Both the position numbers and the translations under genes were made by a program. The notes beneath the pieces were generated by a model that was not told the DNA's origin, ran no database searches, and saw only the letters and a list, made by a program, of their open reading frames with translations. Positions 59,801-64,000 of a stretch of 64,000 nt of DNA are shown piece after piece (position 1 is the stretch's first letter; every line of letters starts with the position of its first letter). This stretch comes from Eledone cirrhosa (taxonomy: Eukaryota), in NCBI GenBank assembly GCA_964016885.1, contig OZ024740.1:442122001-442186000 (forward strand), in the 5' to 3' direction.

Positions 59801-62800
59801 GGACCACAACAGTCACCTAATGAGGAAGACAGACATCAGGCTGCAGCTGTCATATTATATAATTTCTACAACAGACCACAACAGTCACCAAATGGGGAAG
59901 AGAGACATTATCAGTCTACATCTGTCATATTATATAATTTCTACAACAGACCACAACAGTCACCTAGTGGTGAAGACAGACATTATCAGGCTACAGCTGT
60001 CATATTATATAGTTTCTATAACAGGACTACAACAGTCACCTCGTGGGGAAGACAGACATTATCAGGCTACAGCTGTCATATTATATAGTTTCTATAACAG
60101 ACCACAACAGTAACCTAGTGGGAAAGACAGACATTATCAGGCTACAGCTGCCATATTATATAGTTTCTATAACAGGACCACAGCAGTCACCAAATGGGGA
60201 AGACAGACGTTATCAGGCTACAGCTGTCATATTATATAGTTTCTATAACAGGACCGCAACAGTGACCTAGTGGGAAGACAGACATTATCAGGCTACAGCT
60301 GTCATATTATATAGTTTCTATAACAGACCACAGCAGTCACCTAATGGGGAAGACAGACATTATCAGGCTACAGCTGCCATATTATGTAGTTTCTATAACA
60401 GGACTACTACAGTCACCTAATGGGGAAGACAGACATTTTCAGGCTACAGCTGCATATTATATAGTTTCTATAACAGAACCACAACAGTCACCTAGTGGGG
60501 AAGACAGACATTATCAGGCTACAACTGTCATATTACATAGTTTCTACAACAGACCACAATAGTCACCTAATGGGGAAGACAGACATTATTAGGCTACAGC
60601 TGTCATATTATATAGTTTCTACAACAGACGACAACAGCCACCTAATAGGGAAGACAGACATTATCAAGCTACAGCTGTCATATTATATAATTTCTACAAC
60701 AGACCACAACAGTCACCTAATGAGGAAGACAGACATTATCAGGTTACAGCTGCCATATTATATAGTTTCTACAACAGACCACAACAGTCACCAAATGGGG
60801 AAGACAGACATTATCAGGCTACAGCTGTCATATTATATAATTTCTACAACAGACCACAACAGTCACCTAATGGGGAAGACAGACATTATCAGGCTACAGC
60901 TGCCATATTATATAGTTTATACAACAGACCACAACAGTCACCAAATGGGGAAGACAGACATTATCATGCTACAGCTGCATATTATATAGTTTCTATAACA
61001 GGACCACAACAGTCACCAAATGGGGAAGACAGATATTATCAGGCTACAGCTGCCATATTATATAGTTTCTACAAAAGACCACAACAGTCACCAAATGGGG
61101 AAGACAGATATTATCAGGCTACAGCTGTCATATTACATAGTTTCTACAACAGACCACAACAGTCACCAAATGGGGAAGATAGACATTATCAGGCTACAGC
61201 TGCAATATTATATAGTTTCTACAACAGGACCACAACAGTCACCAAATGGGGAAGACAGACATTATCAGGCTACAGCTGCCAAATTATATAGTTTCTACAA
61301 CAGACCACAACAGTCATCAAATGGGGAAGACAGACATTATCAGGCTACAGCTGCCATATTATATAGTTTCTATAACAGGACCACAACGGTCACCAAATGG
61401 GGAAGACAGACATTATCAGGCTACAGCTGCCATATTATATAGTTTCTATAACAGGACCACAACAGTCACCAAATGGGGAGAAAGACATTATCAGGCTACA
61501 GCTGTCATATTTTATAGTTTCTATAAAAGGACCACAACAGTCACCAAATGGGGAAGACAGACATTATCAGGCTACAGCTGTCATATTATATAGTTTCTAC
61601 AACAGACCACAACAGTCACCAAATGGAGAAGGCAGACATGATCAGGCTACAGCTGTCATTTTATATAGTTTCTACGACAGACCACAACAGTCACCAAATG
61701 GGAAGACAGACATTACCAGGCTACAGCTGCCATATTATATAGTTTCTACAACAGACCACAACATTCACCAAATGGGGAAGACAGACATTATCAGGCTACA
61801 GCTGCCATATTATATAGTTTCTATAACAGACCACAACAGTCACCAAATGGGGAGACAGACATTATCAGGCTACAGCTGCCATATTACATAGTTTCTACAA
61901 TAGACCACAACAGTCACCAAATGGTCAAGACAGACATTATCAGGCTACAGCTGTCATTTTATATAGTTTCTACGACAGACCACAACAGTCACCAAATGGG
62001 AAGACAGACATTACCAGGCTACAGCTGCCATATTATGTAGTTTCTACAACAGACCACAACAGTCACCAAATGGGGAAGACAAAAATTATCAGGCTAGAGC
62101 TGCCATATTATATAGTTTCTACAACAGACCACAACAGTCACCAAATGGGGAGGACAGACATTATCAGGCTACAGCTGTCATATTATATACTTTCTACAAC
62201 AGACCACAACAGTCACCAAATGGGGAAGACAGACATTATCAGGCTACAGCTGTCATATTATATAGTTTCTACAACAAACCACAACAGTCACCAAATGGGG
62301 AAGACAGACATTATCAGGCTACAGCTGCCATATTATATAGTTTCTACAACAGACCACAACAGTCACCTAGTGGGGAAGACAGACATTATCAGGCTACAGC
62401 TCCCATATTATATAGTTTCTACAACAGACCACAACAGTCACCAAATGGGGAAGACAGATGTTATCAGGCTACAGCTGTCATATTACATAGTTTCTACAAC
62501 AGACCACAACAGTCACCAAATGGGGAAGACAGATATTATCAGGCTACAGCTGTCATATTACATAGTTTCTACAACAGACCACAACAGTCACCAAATGGGG
62601 AAGACAGATATTATCAGGCTACAACTGCCATATTATATAGTTACTATAACAGACCACAACAGTCACCTAGTGGGGAAGTCAGACATTATCAGGCTACAGC
62701 TGCCATATTATATAGTTTCTACAATAGACCACAACAGTCACCTAGTGGGGAAGACAGACATTATCAGGCTACAGCTGCCATACTACATAGTTTCTACAAC

Positions 62801-64000
62801 AGACCACAACAGTCACCAAATGGGGAATACAGACATTATCAGGCTACAGCTGTCATATTATATAGTTTCTACGACAGACCACAACAGTCACCTAATGGGG
62901 AAGACAGACATTATTAGGCTACAGCTGTCATATTATATAGTTTCTACAACAGACCACAACAGTCACCAAATGGGGAAGACAGACATTATCAGGCTACAGC
63001 TGACATATTATATAGTTTCTACAACAGACCACAACAGTTACCAAATGGAGAAGACAGACATTATTAGGCTACAGCTGCAATATTATATAGTTTCTATAAC
63101 ACACCACAACAGTCACCAAATGGGGAAGACAGACATTATCAGGCTACAGTTGCCATATTATATAGTTTCTACAACAGACCACAACAGTCACCAAATTGGG
63201 AAGACAGACATTATCAGGCTACAGCTGCCATATTATATAGTTTCTACAACAGACCACAACAGTCACAAAATGGGGAAGACAGACATTATCAGGCTACAGC
63301 TGTCATATTATATAGTTTCTATAACAGGACCACAACAGTCACCAAATGGGGAAGACAGACATTATCAGGCTACAGCTGCCATATTATATAGTTTCTAAAA
63401 CTGACCACAACAGTCACCTTGTGGGGAAGACAGACATTATCAGGCTACAGCTGCAATATTATATAGTTTCTAAAACTGACCACAACAGTCACCTTGTGGG
63501 GAAGACAGATATTATCAGGCTACAACTGCCATATTATATAGTTTCTACAACAGAACACAACAGTCACCAAATGGGGAAGACAGACATTATCAGTCTACAG
63601 CTGCCATATTATATAGTTTCTATAACAGGACCACAACAGTCACCAAATGGGGAGGCAGACATTATCAGGCTACAGCTGCCATATTATATAGTTTCTATAA
63701 CAGGACACAACAGTCACCAAATGGGGAAGACAGACATTATCAGGCTACAGCTGCAATATTATATAGTTTCTATGACACACCACAACAGTCACCAAATGGG
63801 GAAGACAGACATTATCAGGCTACAGCTGCCATATTATATAGTTTCTACAACAGACCACAACAGTCACCAAATGGGGAAGACAGACATTATCAGGCTACAG
63901 CTGTCCTATTATATATTTTCTATAACATGACCACAACAGTCACCAAATGGGGAAGACAGATATTATCAGGCTACAGCTGCAATATTATATAGTTTCTACA
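47872..64000. repeat. Tandem satellite, 75-bp unit (76- and 72-bp variants), about 215 copies, continues past the window end
   Basis: Consensus ACAGTCACCAAATGGGGAAGACAGACATTATCAGGCTACAGCTGTCATATTATATAGTTTCTACAACAGACCACA. Confidence 0.99.

Noticed and set aside
47884-63930. 25-aa repeat proteins (MGKTDIIRLQLSYYIVSTTDHNSHQ; PQQSPNGEDRHYQATAVILYSFYNR)
   Set aside because: Open frames arise from a 75-bp unit. Frequent 76-bp variants shift frame, there is no C2H2 pattern (84-bp period expected) and no unique flanking exon.
47872-64000. CRISPR array or tRNA array
   Set aside because: Units are contiguous with no unique spacers, and no convincing cloverleaf or A/B boxes are seen despite the tRNA-like length.

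Overview
Repeat-saturated eukaryotic DNA with no recognisable host gene. The SINE and RTE sequences resemble octopus/cephalopod families, but that is recognition only and was not searched. 1-47.9 kb is a stack of transposons embedded in (TA)n/(TACA)n microsatellites. It holds three coding lineages of Penelope-like elements (PLEs; RT + GIY-YIG) plus many PLE pseudo-LTR (pLTR) remnants, an IR/DR Tc1 (DD34E) element, a near full-length CR1-group LINE, RTE LINEs, Helitron-type ends and tRNA-derived SINEs. About 20 minimal type-I hammerhead ribozyme motifs (HHRs), some partial, can be folded by eye in the PLE termini, including a U3-A8 covariant core. Several pLTRs form fold-back palindromes. One PLE copy (36.9-39.9 kb) shows clustered sense-strand A-to-G changes at normally invariant motifs, suggesting retrotransposition of an ADAR-hyperedited RNA. 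47.9-64 kb is a 75/76-bp tandem satellite (about 215 units, running off the window) with block duplications. Most ORF-track entries are microsatellite or satellite artefacts. All structures and coordinates were read manually and element boundaries are approximate.
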